From the NCBI GenBank assembly GCA_951406725.2, contig OX597827.1, positions 77,500,001 to 77,564,000 of the forward strand: DNA of 64,000 nt, read 5' to 3'. Positions 41,995 through 54,175 of the stretch are shown here, in pieces (within the stretch, counting starts at the first letter, position 1; each line of letters opens with the position of its first letter). The position numbers and the translations under genes are program-made. The notes below the pieces were generated by a model. That model was not told the DNA's origin and ran no database searches. It saw nothing but the letters and a program-made list of their open reading frames with translations. The DNA is from Octopus vulgaris. Its lineage: Eukaryota.

Positions 41995-42725
41995 ATGCCG
42001 TGTGGTAAGAAGTTTGCTTCCCATTCACATGGTTCCGAGTTCAGTTCCACTGCGTGGCACCTCGGGCAAGTTTTTTTCTATAGCCTCGAGCTGATCAAAG
42101 CCCCTTGGGGGTGGATTTCGTAGACGGAAACTGAAGCAAGCTGGGTGTATGTGTGTGTGTGTGTGTGCGCGTGTCACCACCGCTTGACGTCCCCCGTAAC
42201 CTTGCGGTTCGGCAAAACTGATCGATAGAATAAGTAGCAAACTTTTAAGAAAGATAAATACTGAATTCGAACCGTTCGATCAAACCCTTGGGGGCACTGC
42301 CCCAGCATGGCCGCAAGCCAATGCCTGAAACATAAGTTAAATATGAGTGGCTGTGTGGTAAGTAGTTTGCTTACCAGACACACGGTTCCGGGTTCAGTCC
42401 CACTGCGTGGCACCTTGGGCAAGTGTCTTCTACTATAGCCTCAGGCTGACCAAAGCCTTGTGAGTGGATTTGGTAGACGGAAACTAAAAGAAGCCCATCG
42501 TATATATACATATATATGTTTGTGTGTGTGTGTGTTTGTCCCCCCAACATCGCTTGACAACCGATGGTGGTGTGTTTACGTCCCCGTCACTTAGCGGTTC
42601 GGCCAAAGACACCGATAGAATAAGTACTAGGCTTCCAAAGAATAAGTCCTGGGGTCGATTTGCTCGACTAAAGGCGGTGCTCCAGCATGGCCGCAGCCAA
42701 ATGACTGAAACAAGTAAAAGAGTAA
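41995..42725 (+). mobile_element. Two tandem SINE family B copies (about 41995-42335 and 42345-42725)
   Basis: Both contain GTGTGGTAAG..TTTGCTT..GGTTCC..GTTCAGT..CACTGCGTGGCACCT.GGGCAAG and the CCAGCATGGCCGCA tail. Confidence 0.85.
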
Positions 42726-43935
42726 CAATAACTTTGCTCCCCTTCCACGTCTTTCTCATACACACACTCACACACATGTAGAAGAGAGAGAGAGAGAGAG
42801 AGGAGGGGATAGATAGATAGATAGATATCTGTGTAGGTAGGTAGATAGATAATGGGTGTTTATATATCTCCCGTTTATCTGCCTTTCCTTATTACCCCTC
42901 CCCCCTCCAGGTACCTCCCTCTGCCTCCCCTTATTCTGTTTGCCCCCCTCCACTCTCTAATACCCTATCCACATCCTACTCCTCCCACTTTCTGCACATC
43001 TCACCCTTTCTCCCTCTCTCTTGACCGACATATAACTCATGTACACACACGCAACTTTTTATGCATTTTAAATTAAATTGCTTTATTTTTAATCCTGTCG
43101 AGTGTGTACCTACTACCCCTACACTCATGTTTGGTGTCATAAACTTGCAATAAAATATGAGATAGCAGTTTGTGAAGATTATACACTTTCATAGTGTATC
43201 TACCGAATTACAAACGAAAAAAATCGGCGCCTGTTACTCGTTGCATTTCTTCCTAAGCTGAAAGCGGCTTGGCTGTCGGTGTAGGACGAATATTAGTAGA
43301 CATTCCTTGTGTGAATAACCAGTCCAGACTAGCGGTGGAGCTTATTGTCAGCTTCGTCCTGCAGAGAAAGAAAGTAAGGCCCTCTGGATAGACTAGTACG
43401 GTGTCTACTCAGTGAAGTTGAACGTATATTCATTAAACTTACCTTTGTGAACTTCTTTTCACAACTGATCGTATATTTAGTAGTCACAGAACATGTCAAA
43501 ATTGTTAGAATTGTCTGATAAAAAGCCTTGTGGTATTCACACGGGGCCCTTTTGTTTTGTGTTCAAATTCCACTGAGGTCAACTTTGCTTTTCGTCCTTT
43601 CGAGGTGGGTAACTTAAGTCACCAGTCAATTACTAGGATTAGTATAATATTCCTAAAAAGCCCTTTACACCGCCCTTTAAACAAATTAAACTTTAAACAT
43701 ATTGATGAATAAATACTGCATTGTACTATTTTGTGATAGCGAGACCGTATTCCGTTAGGATTTGATCGCAAAACAATGATATTTGGCAGTTTAGGTACTG
43801 ATAGGAATGTAGGGAGGCATTCTGTGGGGCCGACTGCATTACAGTTCCATAACCTATAAAGATGGTAAGATCCCACCAACTGGGAGCGGAGCCCTGAACT
43901 CTCTCCGATTTGAACTTTTTCACACTAATCTGACC

Positions 43936-44280
43936 AGGTAAGAAGTTTGTTTCCCAACCACATGGTTCTGGGTTCAGTCCAACTGCATGGCACCTTGGGC
44001 AAGTGCCTTTTACTATAGTCCCCCGGACCGACCAAAGCCTTGGGGGTGGATTTGGTAGACGAAAACTGAAAGAAGTCCGTCGTATGTAATACCTGTGCGT
44101 TTGTCCCCCACCACTGCTTGACAACCAGTGCTGGTTTGTTTACGTACCATAACTTAGCGGTTCAGCAAGAGAGACTGACAGAATAAGTATCAGGTTTTTA
44201 AAATAACCTCAGGAGTCGATTTGTTCGACAAAAACCCTTCAAGGCGGTGCCCCAGTATGGCTGAGGTCCAGTGACTGATA
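43936..44280 (+). mobile_element. SINE family B
   Basis: GGTAAGAAGTTTGTTTCCCAACCACATGGTTCTGGGTTCAGTCC...GGCACCTTGGGCAAGTG...AAGGCGGTGCCCCAGTATGGC. Confidence 0.8.
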
Positions 44281-44974
44281 AAATTTCGTGCCGTTCTGAA
44301 ATCAAACCCGACCGGGGCTAATTTTATCTTCCCTGTGCTTCTCTCCAACATGTTAGAAATTAATATTTCAATGATGGCCTTTGTACATCGATATAAAGTA
44401 GACCTTTTTTCAGGAGTTGCAGTCATTGAACTGCGGCCATGCTAGGGCAGTACTTTCCACGGCTTTTGGATGAACAACATATCGACTCCAACACTTTATC
44501 GTTCGCTATTTATTGAATGGCTAAAAAGCCAGTAATATAACCTGGCATCATTTCAGGGTTGATATAACCAACTCTCTCAATCCAATTCCCTAAAATAAAA
44601 TAATTTGTGGGGAAGTTTTGAATAATTATCATTCTACCATCTCATGTGGAGGAAAGGGCAGAATATATGTTATAAAATATTTCGATATTTTACACTTTTA
44701 CTGCAATCCTCTGCTTTTTTCATTCTCCCTTCATTTTTTTTTTTGTATTTATTCGTTTCATACAACGGGAATTATGATTCTGAAAGAACTCCCCCCTAAA
44801 ATTCAGTTGTTTTGCACACCCCTTCTTCCATAATTCCGTGTCCTTTTCCTTCTGGTCCATCCATGTTTACTCGCCCCCACTATTCCTGGGACGGCTGTGA
44901 GAGTAAATCCTCAGCTGACCTCCTCCACTAGTTCCTATCAGAAGATGAATTCTTAAATGTGACCATTTCAGATT

Positions 44975-45175
44975 ATGAATACTGGTTCCAAGTTTTGGGC
45001 ACGAGGCTAGCAATTTCGGGGGACGGGGTAAGTCGATTCCATCGACCTCAGTGCTCAACTGTTACTTATTTTATCGACCCCGAAAGGATGAAAGGTAAAG
45101 TCGACCTCGTCGGAATTTGAACTCAGAATGTAAAGATGGACGGAATGCCGTTAAGCATTTCCCCACGCATACTAA
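44975..45175 (-). mobile_element. SINE family A
   Basis: TTTATCGACCCCGAAAGGATGAAAGGTAAAGTCGACCTCGTCGGAATTTGAACTCAGAA, the reverse complement of the family A core. Confidence 0.8.
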
Positions 45176-45189
45176 ACTGAGACTATGAA

Positions 45190-45290
45190 CATCTCTTTGT
45201 TGGTCTGCCCCTAGATCTCTTTCTTGCCAGTTGGCTCGGCTGCAAGGATCCGTCTTTCGATTCTTTCCTGCCACATTCTCATCACGAATT
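45190..45290 (-). mobile_element. Short RTE-like LINE remnant
   Basis: Minus strand reads VMRMWQERIERRILAAEPTGK, then after a frameshift RSRGRPTKR, matching the RTE C-terminal HV.RM...R...GKR.RGRP..RW pattern. Confidence 0.45.
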
Positions 45291-46902
45291 CCAAGTCGTA
45301 TTCCAAAACTCCGCCGAATTTGTCGCACTGGGCCTATATTTGAAATCGAAAGCTTTTGGTGTTAAGTCAGTACCTATTATTATAGCAGTGACTTCGTAAA
45401 CAGTTGAGTGGCGCCGGAAATTTCTTGTAAAATATTACGAAATAGTTTAAACGAATATTGAACCATAGAGCCATGGTTTCGTGGGTAACTTTAACCACTT
45501 GACACACACACACATGCAGTCACAGTTACTGACACAGAACTTTATGATCCGCTCCACTACCATCTTCAAAAAGAAAGGAAACGTTAGCAATGTACTTTTA
45601 GCTATACAAGAAGACGAGGTCGTGGTCGTGTTTGGAATTCCTTTAGCCCTTGGTTCGCTCGATCAGAGCTGAACACATCATGAGCGCATACGCGTGGATC
45701 TGACAACACACACACACCGGGGTCCGTGCACTTGCTAGGGATAACAATCAAATCTTCCTCACATCATACACCGCCGTCTTAAAAGTGAAGGACAGCGAAT
45801 AATGCAGTCTTCGAAACTGGGTTGGATGGCCACAGCTGGATGCTTTTGAACATAGCAGCTCGACCATGGTTTATTTCGGGCAAAATAATAAACGCGTAAC
45901 CGTCTGTAAGTACGTGTGTGTGTGTGTATTAATAAGTGTGTGTGTGTGTATTAATAAGTATGTGTTTGCGTTAACAAGTATATATGTGTATGCTTGCTAA
46001 TAAAGGTTTCTGTATTAATAAGCGTTCCCCTTCTGTGTTTAGCCCCTTGTGGGTAGTTAAGAAATGGGTATTAATAAGGGTGTGTGTACGTTAATAAGTA
46101 TGTGTGTATTAGTAAGTATATATGCGTGCTAATAAGTGTGTGTTTATAAGTATATGTGCACGCGCGCGTGTGTACGTGTATGAATGTGTTGATAATCGTG
46201 TGTGTGTGTTTATGTGTATGTGTGGGTGTGTACGTGTATGAATGTGTTGATAATCGTGTGTGGGTGTGTATGTAAGGCTGCTCTTCATTCAGGGGGAGAT
46301 AACTTAATAAATATTGATGGAAATTCTTTCACCTTTGCACTTCTTCCTCTCAGAATATTTCACCACAGACTTCAGGGAAATGTGAGATTTTTAAAAAAAT
46401 TAATCTTTTTCTATAATTTCTTGACGTTAATTCGGTCTCACTGTTTCCTCTCTCTCTCGATCCTCTTTTTCTGTCGCCTTTATCTTTAAAATGTATTGCT
46501 TTTAATTTAAAGAAAGCCGAAACACCAGCGAGATAAAACTTGCAGGACCAAAGTTACCATGTTTAATCACAGACAGCCTCTTCTGTAATAATAATAGTCT
46601 GGCGGCGATCTTATTGATTGCAGAGGATAATCTTGTTTCTCTTCCAACCCACGAACATGTATGTGTCTGTATATATGGTGTGTGTGTGTTCTTTGTACAG
46701 CTGTCTGACAGTTTTACAGAACTTGGTACACTTAGGAACTTAGTCGACCATTCCCTGTCGGTCGCTTTCAGCTTTTCCCCAAACAAGTTTTCGTTACTTG
46801 TGACTGTGACATTCGTGAAACTTTCAATTGAAACAAAAATACTAAAAATTCTATTTCTACCGAAAATTCTGTATTCCAAAGATCTGTGTATGTATGTATA
46901 TA

Positions 46903-46940
<38 letters not shown>

Positions 46941-46969
46941 ATTTGTGTGTTGTCATATATATTCGTGGT

Positions 46970-47335
46970 ACCCCGTCGTTTATACGACGAGGGTTCCAGT
47001 TGATCCGATCAACAGGACAGCCTGCTCGTGAAATTAAAGTGCAAGTGGCTGAGCATTCCACAGACACATGTACTCTTAACGTAGTTCTCAGGGAGATTCG
47101 GCGTGACACAGAGTGTGACAAGGGCGGCCCCTTTGAAATACAGATACAACAAAAACAGGAAGAAAGAGTGAGAGAAAGTTGTGGTGAAAGAGTACAGCAG
47201 GGTTCGCCACCCCCACCCCCACTGCCGGAGCCTCGTGGAGCTTCTAGGTGTTTTCGTTCTATAAACACTCACAACATCCGGTCTGGGAATCAAAACCACG
47301 AGTCCACTGTCCTAACCACTGGACCATTGCGCCTC
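46970..47335 (-). mobile_element. SINE family E variant
   Basis: ACGAGGGTTCCAGTTGATCCGATCAAC...GTGCAAGTGGCTGAGCA.TCCACAGACAC...TGACAAGG shared with 13112-13428, but with a different 5' region. Confidence 0.7.
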
Positions 47336-48124
47336 GACACACACACACACATATATGTGCATGTGAGTGTGTCTGTGTAAATATATGTTTATATATGTGT
47401 ATGTGTATGACTGTGTGTATGTATCCCTGCATTCTTAATACTGTTCTCTCCACCCATATTTCACATTGATCACCCTCCAGAGCCGCACCAAATTGTCACC
47501 ATACATCATGTATCTCTCCCACCTTACATGTACCATTGGTCACTTGTACCCCACCCCTTTCTCACCATTCACCACATCTACTCCCCAGCCCTGCTCAGTC
47601 CCTACAGCTGATCCCTTCTCTTCCCTACCTTTCCTCCAGTGTTTACTTATCATCCTTCAACACTCATTGGCCCCTTGTGGGTAATAAAAAAAATCAATCC
47701 TTCAACACTCTTTCTTCATTCATTATAGTCACCCCCTCAACTACCCCCAATCCCCACACTCTCTCCCTCCATTTGCTCCATTGATTTCTATTCACCTTGT
47801 ACTTTGAGGGTCCACCTTGACACCGTGTCCCCTCTATATATATGTCTTTCCTGCTCCACCCTGGCCATTTCTACCCTATCTTTTATAACGTGAATAGCCA
47901 TGTAACCCATCTACTGCCAGAAACCCCTTCTGTTTTGGCCTCTTCTCTCACACTTTAACCCTTTATCATTCAGCTATCTCTGTCAAATGTAATCCTGATT
48001 TATTCACACCGTTTTGACTTGATCGTGCATTACCTTGTCGCTTTGAGATTTTAAAGATGTTATTATATATTATATGTTTTTAGAATGACATTGTAGAATA
48101 GGTGTAAGGGACTGGATCTGGTCA

Positions 48125-48301
48125 TACAGTTCTATATTTAAGAGATAAGGAATTATTTACATTATTTACATTTGATGGATATTTGTCCTTATCTTGTTTG
48201 TTGTTAACACAACATTTCGGCTGATATACCCTCCAGCCTTCATCAGGTGTCTTGGGGAAATTTCGAACCTGGGTTCTCATTCCTAAGGTATTTTTCAATG
48301 C

Positions 48302-48341
<40 letters not shown>

Positions 48342-48481
48342 TCGATAAAATACCTTAAGAATGAGAACCCAGGTTCGAAATTTCCCCAAGACACCTGATG
48401 AAGGCTGGAGGGTATATCAGCCGAAACGTTGTGTTAACAACAAACAAGATGAGGACAAATGTCCGTCAAATGTAAATAATA
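48125..48481. mobile_element. Inverted-arm hammerhead element, copy 2 (no tRNA core; (AAT)n spacer only)
   Basis: Arms about 48125-48300 and 48338-48480 are reverse complements. TSD-like GATCTGGTCA (48115-48124) and GATTTGGTCA (48482-48491). Confidence 0.85.
48390..48435 (+). ncRNA. Minimal type-I hammerhead ribozyme motif (Penelope-like)
   Basis: Stem I GACAC, core CUGAUGA, A, stem II GGCUG-loop-CAGCC, GAAA, palindromic stem III remnant (A)CGU, cleavage nucleotide U, stem I' GUGUU. All core nucleotides are intact in this arm. Confidence 0.7.
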
Positions 48482-48998
48482 GATTTGGTCAGTTTGAACA
48501 TAAATCAAATAAAACATTAGGGCCGGATGTTGCCAGTTTAAATGCTAAAGGGTTGAACACTCGTCCTACAACACCAAAACACTTTCCTTTCTTCTGTAGT
48601 TGAAAGGAAGGTTTAGTTTTGCAAGCTGCATGGCAACTTCATGAGATCCACAAAAACAAAAAACAAATGCTCTCAGTAAACACTGTGAAGTGGTTGATGT
48701 CCTGAAAGGCATCCAACTGCAGAATCTATGCCAAAGCAGACACTGCAAATGATGCAGTCTTCGGGTGTGTTAGATGCTGCGAGGTTATTCAACCCATTTT
48801 ATCAAGGAAGTTGGATGCTAAATGATGTTAGAAAATTACTAGTTTTTTTAAAAATCTCACAGCATGAGATATTCAGCAACAGTACTTTGTAGTAAAGATT
48901 GTTTGCCAACATAACATGGCAGTCCTGGTTTAGGACGAATGTTGCTGTAATTTAGCCCTAGGAGACATTATCTTCAGCTGGCTATACAACACGATCTT

Positions 48999-49174
48999 TG
49001 TCCTTATATTTTCGAACAAGGGAATCTAGCTCAAAAACAATGTATTTCGAACGGGGATTTGGCAGCGCCACCTCTAGCCAAACAATTTTTCTGAAAGGAA
49101 ATAACCCAGAAATCACAATGTTGTTTTGAGCTAAGTGGGGGTGCTAGATTCCCTTGTTCGAAAATATAAGGACA
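48999..49174. repeat. Inverted repeat with perfect 32-bp arms (MITE-like)
   Basis: TGTCCTTATATTTTCGAACAAGGGAATCTAGC (48999-49030) and GCTAGATTCCCTTGTTCGAAAATATAAGGACA (49143-49174). Confidence 0.8.
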
Positions 49175-49359
49175 TTAAATGATGTTGTTGGTGATTTGTG
49201 TGTGTGTAAGAGCATCTAGCTGTAGAAACCATGCCACAGCAGGCAATAGAGCTTGTTACAGTCTTCTGGCTGTCAAACCATCCAACCCATGCCAGCATGG
49301 GAAACAGGCGTTAAATGAGGATGAAGATGATGTGTTTACATATGTATATATAAATGTGT

Positions 49360-49768
49360 GTACTCTTTACTCTTTTACTTGTTTCAGTCACTTGACTGTG
49401 GCCATGCTGGAGCACTGCCTTTAGTCGAGCAATTGACCTCAGGACTTATTCTTTGTAAACCTAGTACTTATTCTATCGGTCTCTTTTGCCAATCCGCTAT
49501 GTTACGGGGATGTAAACATACCAGCATCAGTTGTCAAGCCATGTTAGAGGGGAAAAACATAGACACACACGTACATATATGTATATATATACATACACAC
49601 ATATATGATATGCTTCTTTCAGTTTCCATCTACCAAATCCACTCACAAGGCTTTGGTCAGCCTGAGGCTATAGTAGAAGACACTTGCCCAAGGTGCCACA
49701 CAGTGGGACTGAACCCGGAACCATGTGGTTGGTAAGCAAACTACTTACCACACAGCCACTCCTGCACC
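49360..49768 (-). mobile_element. Full-length SINE family B
   Basis: Reverse complement of the family B sequence from the GGTGCAGGAGTGGCTGTGTGGTAAG head to the AAGTAAAAGAGTAAAGAG tail. Confidence 0.85.
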
Positions 49769-49777
49769 TATATGTGG

Positions 49778-49812
<35 letters not shown>

Positions 49813-50289
49813 AACACACATATACATACACAAATGTAAACTTGTTGACACAGAAGATAGAAAATTCTGTTGGGATTAAATAACATAAAGATGCAAACTG
49901 CTTAAAGCAATGAGTGTTTTGATGTGTGCAAGCATTCCATACTTTTGATTTTAAACATGTGAGTCTCCCATATTTGTGATTTTAAATATGCAAGTCTTCT
50001 ACAGGTGGTGCATTTGATCCAGTTGTTAGTGCTTTGAGTTCAAATCCTACCTAGGTCGACTTTGTCTTTCATCCTTTGCCAGAGCCAATAAAAAAAAGGG
50101 ACCAATTTAGGGCAGTGAATTGGAGGAACCCTAAGAATGTCATGTAGTATTTATTCAGGATTCAAATTTCCCTGTGGCTATCTTGTTCTGCTTCACAAAG
50201 GTTCATTAGCAGCTATAGCTCCACCCCCACCGCTCTCTCTCTTTGTAACTTTTATGCAATCCACTTAGTGTTTCACTAAATTACAAAGA

Positions 50290-50830
50290 TCTATAAGTAC
50301 CAGTTGAGTGCTGGTGTCAATGTAATCAACTTACTCCCTCATCCAAACTTGTTGGCCGTGTGCCAAAATTTTAAACCAGGCGACGAGCTGGCAGAAACAT
50401 TAGCACACTGGACGAAATGCTTAGTGGTATTTCGTCTGTTTTACGTTCTGAGGTCAACTTTGCCTTTCATCCTTTTGGGGTCGATAAATTTAGTACCAGT
50501 TGCGTACTGGGGTCAATCTAATTGACTTGCCCCCTCCCAAAAAATTTCAAGCCTTGTGCCTAGAGTAGAAGAGATTATTATTATTATTTTGTTATTATCA
50601 TCATCATCATCATCATCAAGGCAGTGAGTTGGCAGAATCGTTAGCACGCCAGGCGAAATGCTTAGTATTTCATCTGTTGCTACGTTCTGAGTTCAAATTC
50701 TGCCGAGAGTGACTTTTCCTTTCATTCTGTTTTAGGGTCAATAAAATAAGTACCAGTTTAACACTGGGGGTTGATCCAATTGACTTACTTCCCAGAACTG
50801 CTGGCCTTGTGCCAAAATTTGAAATCCTCG

Positions 50831-50871
<41 letters not shown>

Positions 50872-51084
50872 GAAGGTAGTGAGCTGGCAAAATCTTAGCT
50901 TACTGAGCAAAATGCCTTGTGGTATTTCACATGTCTTGATATTCTGAGTTCAAATTTCATGCAGTCAGCTTTTTCTTTCATCCTTTCAGGCTCAATTAAA
51001 TAAGTACCAGTTACGCACTGGGGTCAGTGTAATCAACTTATCCCTCCCCACAAAATTTCCGGCCTTGTGCCTACAGTAGAAAGG

Positions 51085-51135
<51 letters not shown>

Positions 51136-51340
51136 TAGGTGGTGAGCTAGCAGAATAATTAGCATGTCGTTCGAAAAGCTTAGCACTATTTCATCTGTCT
51201 TTACGTTCTGAGTTCAAATTCTGTTGAAGCCGACTTTGCCTTTCATCCTTTCGGGGTCCATAAATTAAATACCAGTGAAACACTGGGGTCGATGAAATCA
51301 ACTAGTCCCATTTTCAGGCCTTGTGCCTTTAGTACAAAGG

Positions 51341-51391
<51 letters not shown>

Positions 51392-52030
51392 GGGACAATC
51401 TGGCAGGCAGAATGCTTAGCGGTATTTTCATCCATCCGAGTTCATCTGAGTTCAAATTCTGCTGAGGTCAACTTTGCTTTCCATACTTTCAAGATTGATA
51501 AATTAAGTACCAGTGAAACCCTGGGGGTCAATGTAATCAACTAACTCCCTCCCCACAAATTTCAGGCCTTGTGCCTATAGTAGAAAGAATTATTATTATT
51601 ATTATTATTGTTGTTGTTATGATATGTTCTAAATGCTGTTGAGGTTGTCTTTGCCCTTCATCCTTTCAGGGGTCGATAAAATAACTAACAGTTGAACACT
51701 GGGGTCGATGTAACTGACTTACTCTTTCCCCCAAAATTGCTGGCCATGTGCCAAATTTTGAAACCATCATTTATTATTATTGTTGTTGTTGTTGTTATTA
51801 CTATTATGGTGGCAAGCTGGCAGAATCGTTAGCACACTGGGCAAAATGTTCAACAGTATTTCATTCATCCTTATGTTCTGAGTTCAAATTCTGCCGAGGT
51901 CGACTTTGCCGTTCATCCTTTTGGGGTTGATAAATTAAGTACCAGTTGCATACTGGGTCATTGTAATCAACTGGTCCCCTTCCCCGAAATGGCTGCCCTT
52001 GCTCCAAAATTTGAAACCATTTATTATTAT
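50290..52030 (+). mobile_element. Head-to-tail cluster of about 8 diverged SINE family A copies separated by (TTA)n
   Basis: Repeated GG(C/T)(G/A)(G/A)(C/T)GAGCTGGCAGAA...TTCTGAGTTCAAATTC...CTTTCATCCTTT...GGCCTTGTGCC units start near 50379, 50619, 50873, 51137, 51400, 51625 and 51808, plus a tail fragment at 50290. Confidence 0.85.
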
Positions 52031-52353
52031 TATTATATTGTTGTAGACATAGCTGTCTGGTTAAGGAGTTTGCTCCACAACCTCCTAATCCCACATCATT
52101 CCACTGGGTAACACAGAGCTTTTTTCCACAATACCTTTCCCGTGGTATTTGGTACTTGACTAGTTTCACCTGGTTGTTGCCAGCTCTTCAGATGTGTCTA
52201 CTTCATTTGTTCTACAGAGAGAGAGAGAGAGAGCAGCTTCTATTTCACTCTCTCCTCATCTTCCTTTTTCTCCCTTTCCTTCCTTCTCTCTCTCTGTAGG
52301 AACACAAAATTACGGGCCCTCTCCAAGGGACTTTGTTCACTCATAACCTTCTC

Positions 52354-52707
52354 TAACTCTTTTGATGCCAACCCACTTGGCATTGCTCCAGCTTCTATAA
52401 TACAAGCTTCCTGGATTTAAACAAAAGCTTTCCATCAAAATTTCATTCTAATTTGTGTTCTAAACACCAACTTGATAATGACATGGTTATTGTAATAAAT
52501 TCTTCACTATATTCAAAATTAATTCTAACAAAGTCAGTGCATTTCAACAGAGATATGGTAACACAAGGGTTAAAGTGATCTCATCGAAATTTCATTTTAA
52601 TTTATGTTCAAAAGACCAGATTAATTTATTAAATTCTTTATTAATTGTAAAATTAATTGAAACGAAGTCGTTGCATTTCAACAGCACCATGGTAACAAAA
52701 GGGTTTA
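52354..52707. mobile_element. piggyBac-type MITE with partial 3' duplication
   Basis: TAACTCTTTTGATGCCA ... ATATGGTAACACAAGGG|TTAA (about 52573). The terminal part is repeated to ATGGTAACAAAAGGGTTTAA (about 52707). Confidence 0.5.
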
Positions 52708-53000
52708 AATTTGACCCTGGACACGTACGCACACGTCTTTGTAGTTACATTAGTAATATAAAAGCTCTGAAGTTGAGTCATAAACTTTGTTTAGTCAGAG
52801 CTCTGCCGCCACCAGCATCATTTCATGGAGTTGAATGAGAGAGAGAGAGAGTTGACCTTTCTTGACTTGTTACATATCTGTGTCACTGCTGTTGTATCAT
52901 TGGTCAGCTTCTGTGGTGGTGGAAGGAGGGTTGACCTGACCACCTCAGACTCATACAGAAGTAAATAAATACAGGGAATTATTATTATTATTACTGTTAT

Positions 53001-53220
53001 GGTGGCAAACTGGCAGAATTGTTAACATGCCAGGTAAAATGCTTAGCGGCATTTCGTCTGCTCTTACGTTCTGAGTTCAAATTGCACCGAGGTCGACTTT
53101 GCCTTTCATCATGTCAGGGTTGATAAAAAAAAAGTACCAGTTGAGTACTGGGGTTGGTGTGATCGACTTACCCCCTCCCCTTGAATTTCAGGCCTTGTGT
53201 CTACAGTAGGAAGAATTGTT
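53001..53220 (+). mobile_element. SINE family A
   Basis: GGTGGCAAACTGGCAGAA...GAGGTCGACTTTGCCTTTCATC...GGCCTTGTGTCTACAGTAG, preceded by (ATT)n. Confidence 0.8.
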
Positions 53221-53342
53221 GTTGTTTAGCTCTTGGCCAGCACTGACCCAGCAGGCCTATGATGAAAGGTTATTCAACAGATGACCATCCTATCGTGTTT
53301 TCAGATGAGAGGATTCGCCAGGTCACAACAACCTAGAATGTG

Positions 53343-53780
53343 TACATTATTTACATTTCACGGATATTTGTCCTCATCTTGTTTGTTGTTAACACAACAT
53401 TTCGGTTGATATACCCTCCAGCCTTCATCTGGTGTCTTGGGGAAATTTCGAACCTGGGTTCTCATTCCTAAGGTATTTTTCAATGTTATTATTATTATTA
53501 CGGGCATATGGCATAGTGGTTAAGAGCTCAGACTACTAACCCCCAAGATTCCGAGTTTGATTCCAGGTAGTGACCTGAATAATAATAATAATAATAATGA
53601 TAAGATCGAAAAATACCTTAGGAATGAGAACCCAGGTTCGAAATTTCCCCAAGACACCTGATGACGGCTGGAGGGTACATCAGCCGAAACGCTGTGTTAA
53701 CAACAAACAAAATGAGGACAAATATCCGTCAAATGTAAATAATGTAAATAATTACTCATCTCTTAAATATAGAACTGTAT
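53343..53780. mobile_element. Inverted-arm hammerhead/tRNA element, copy 3 (core on + strand)
   Basis: Inverted arms with an exact 13-bp TSD AACCTAGAATGTG at 53330-53342 and 53781-53793. Confidence 0.9.
53503..53575 (+). other. tRNA-like Pol III promoter core of the element (SINE-type head, not a functional tRNA)
   Basis: GGCATATGGCATAGTGGTTAAGAGCTCAGACTACTAACCCCCAAGATTCCGAGTTTGATTCCAGGTAGTGACC has A- and B-box spacing and an anticodon-loop-like CTACTAA, but poor acceptor and T stems. Confidence 0.65.
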
Positions 53781-53929
53781 AACCTAGAATGTGGCTGGAG
53801 GAAAATGTGACTGCTATTTCTTTCATGTGGTAAGACACTGTTAAAACAGACCTATCCAACCCACACCAGCTGATGAAGGAGATGTAAACAGGATGAGGAT
53901 GTCCACGTGTTTTTATCTCCAGTTGTGGA

Positions 53930-54175
53930 AAGTATGTGGCTTAGTGGTTAGGGGTTCAGGCTCATGATTGTGAGGTTGTGAGTTCGATTCCTGGCACTGC
54001 ATTCTATCCTTGAGCAAGATACTTTATTTCTCATTGCCTCAGTCCACTCGGAGAACTACATGGAGGGTACATGTGTCTGTGGAGCGCTCAGCCACTTGCA
54101 CATAGATATTATTAGTAGACTGTTCCATTGATTGGATCAACCAGAACCCTCATTGTCATAACCGGCGGAGCGCCA
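53930..54175 (+). mobile_element. SINE family E
   Basis: GTGGCTTAGTGGTTAGGG...GAGTTCGATTCC...TCCTTGAGCAAGATACTTTATTTC...GTGTCTGTGGAGCGCTCAGCCACTTGCAC. Confidence 0.75.

Larger units (their letters stand above)
47959..48552. mobile_element. piggyBac-type MITE hosting copy 2 of the hammerhead element
   Basis: TTAA|CCCTTTATCATT ... AATGCTAAAGGG|TTGA: CCC/GGG termini and a degenerate TTAA target. Confidence 0.6.

Noticed and set aside
46502-46879. 125-aa minus-strand ORF
   Set aside because: No recognisable motif, it runs through a (CA)n microsatellite, and splice support is not convincing.
48361-48603. Recurring peptide MRTQVRNFPKTPDEGWRVYQPK as a small gene family
   Set aside because: It is the translation of the repeat arm; it appears on both strands with variable ends, and the conservation is better explained by the RNA motif.
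50290-52030. CRISPR-like repeat-spacer array
   Set aside because: The units are about 230-bp SINEs with microsatellite linkers in a eukaryotic context, with no cas genes.
53503-53575. Functional tRNA gene (Ser-like CTACTAA loop)
   Set aside because: Acceptor and T stems pair poorly, the three copies differ at structural positions, there is no oligo-T terminator, and it is always embedded in the repeat.
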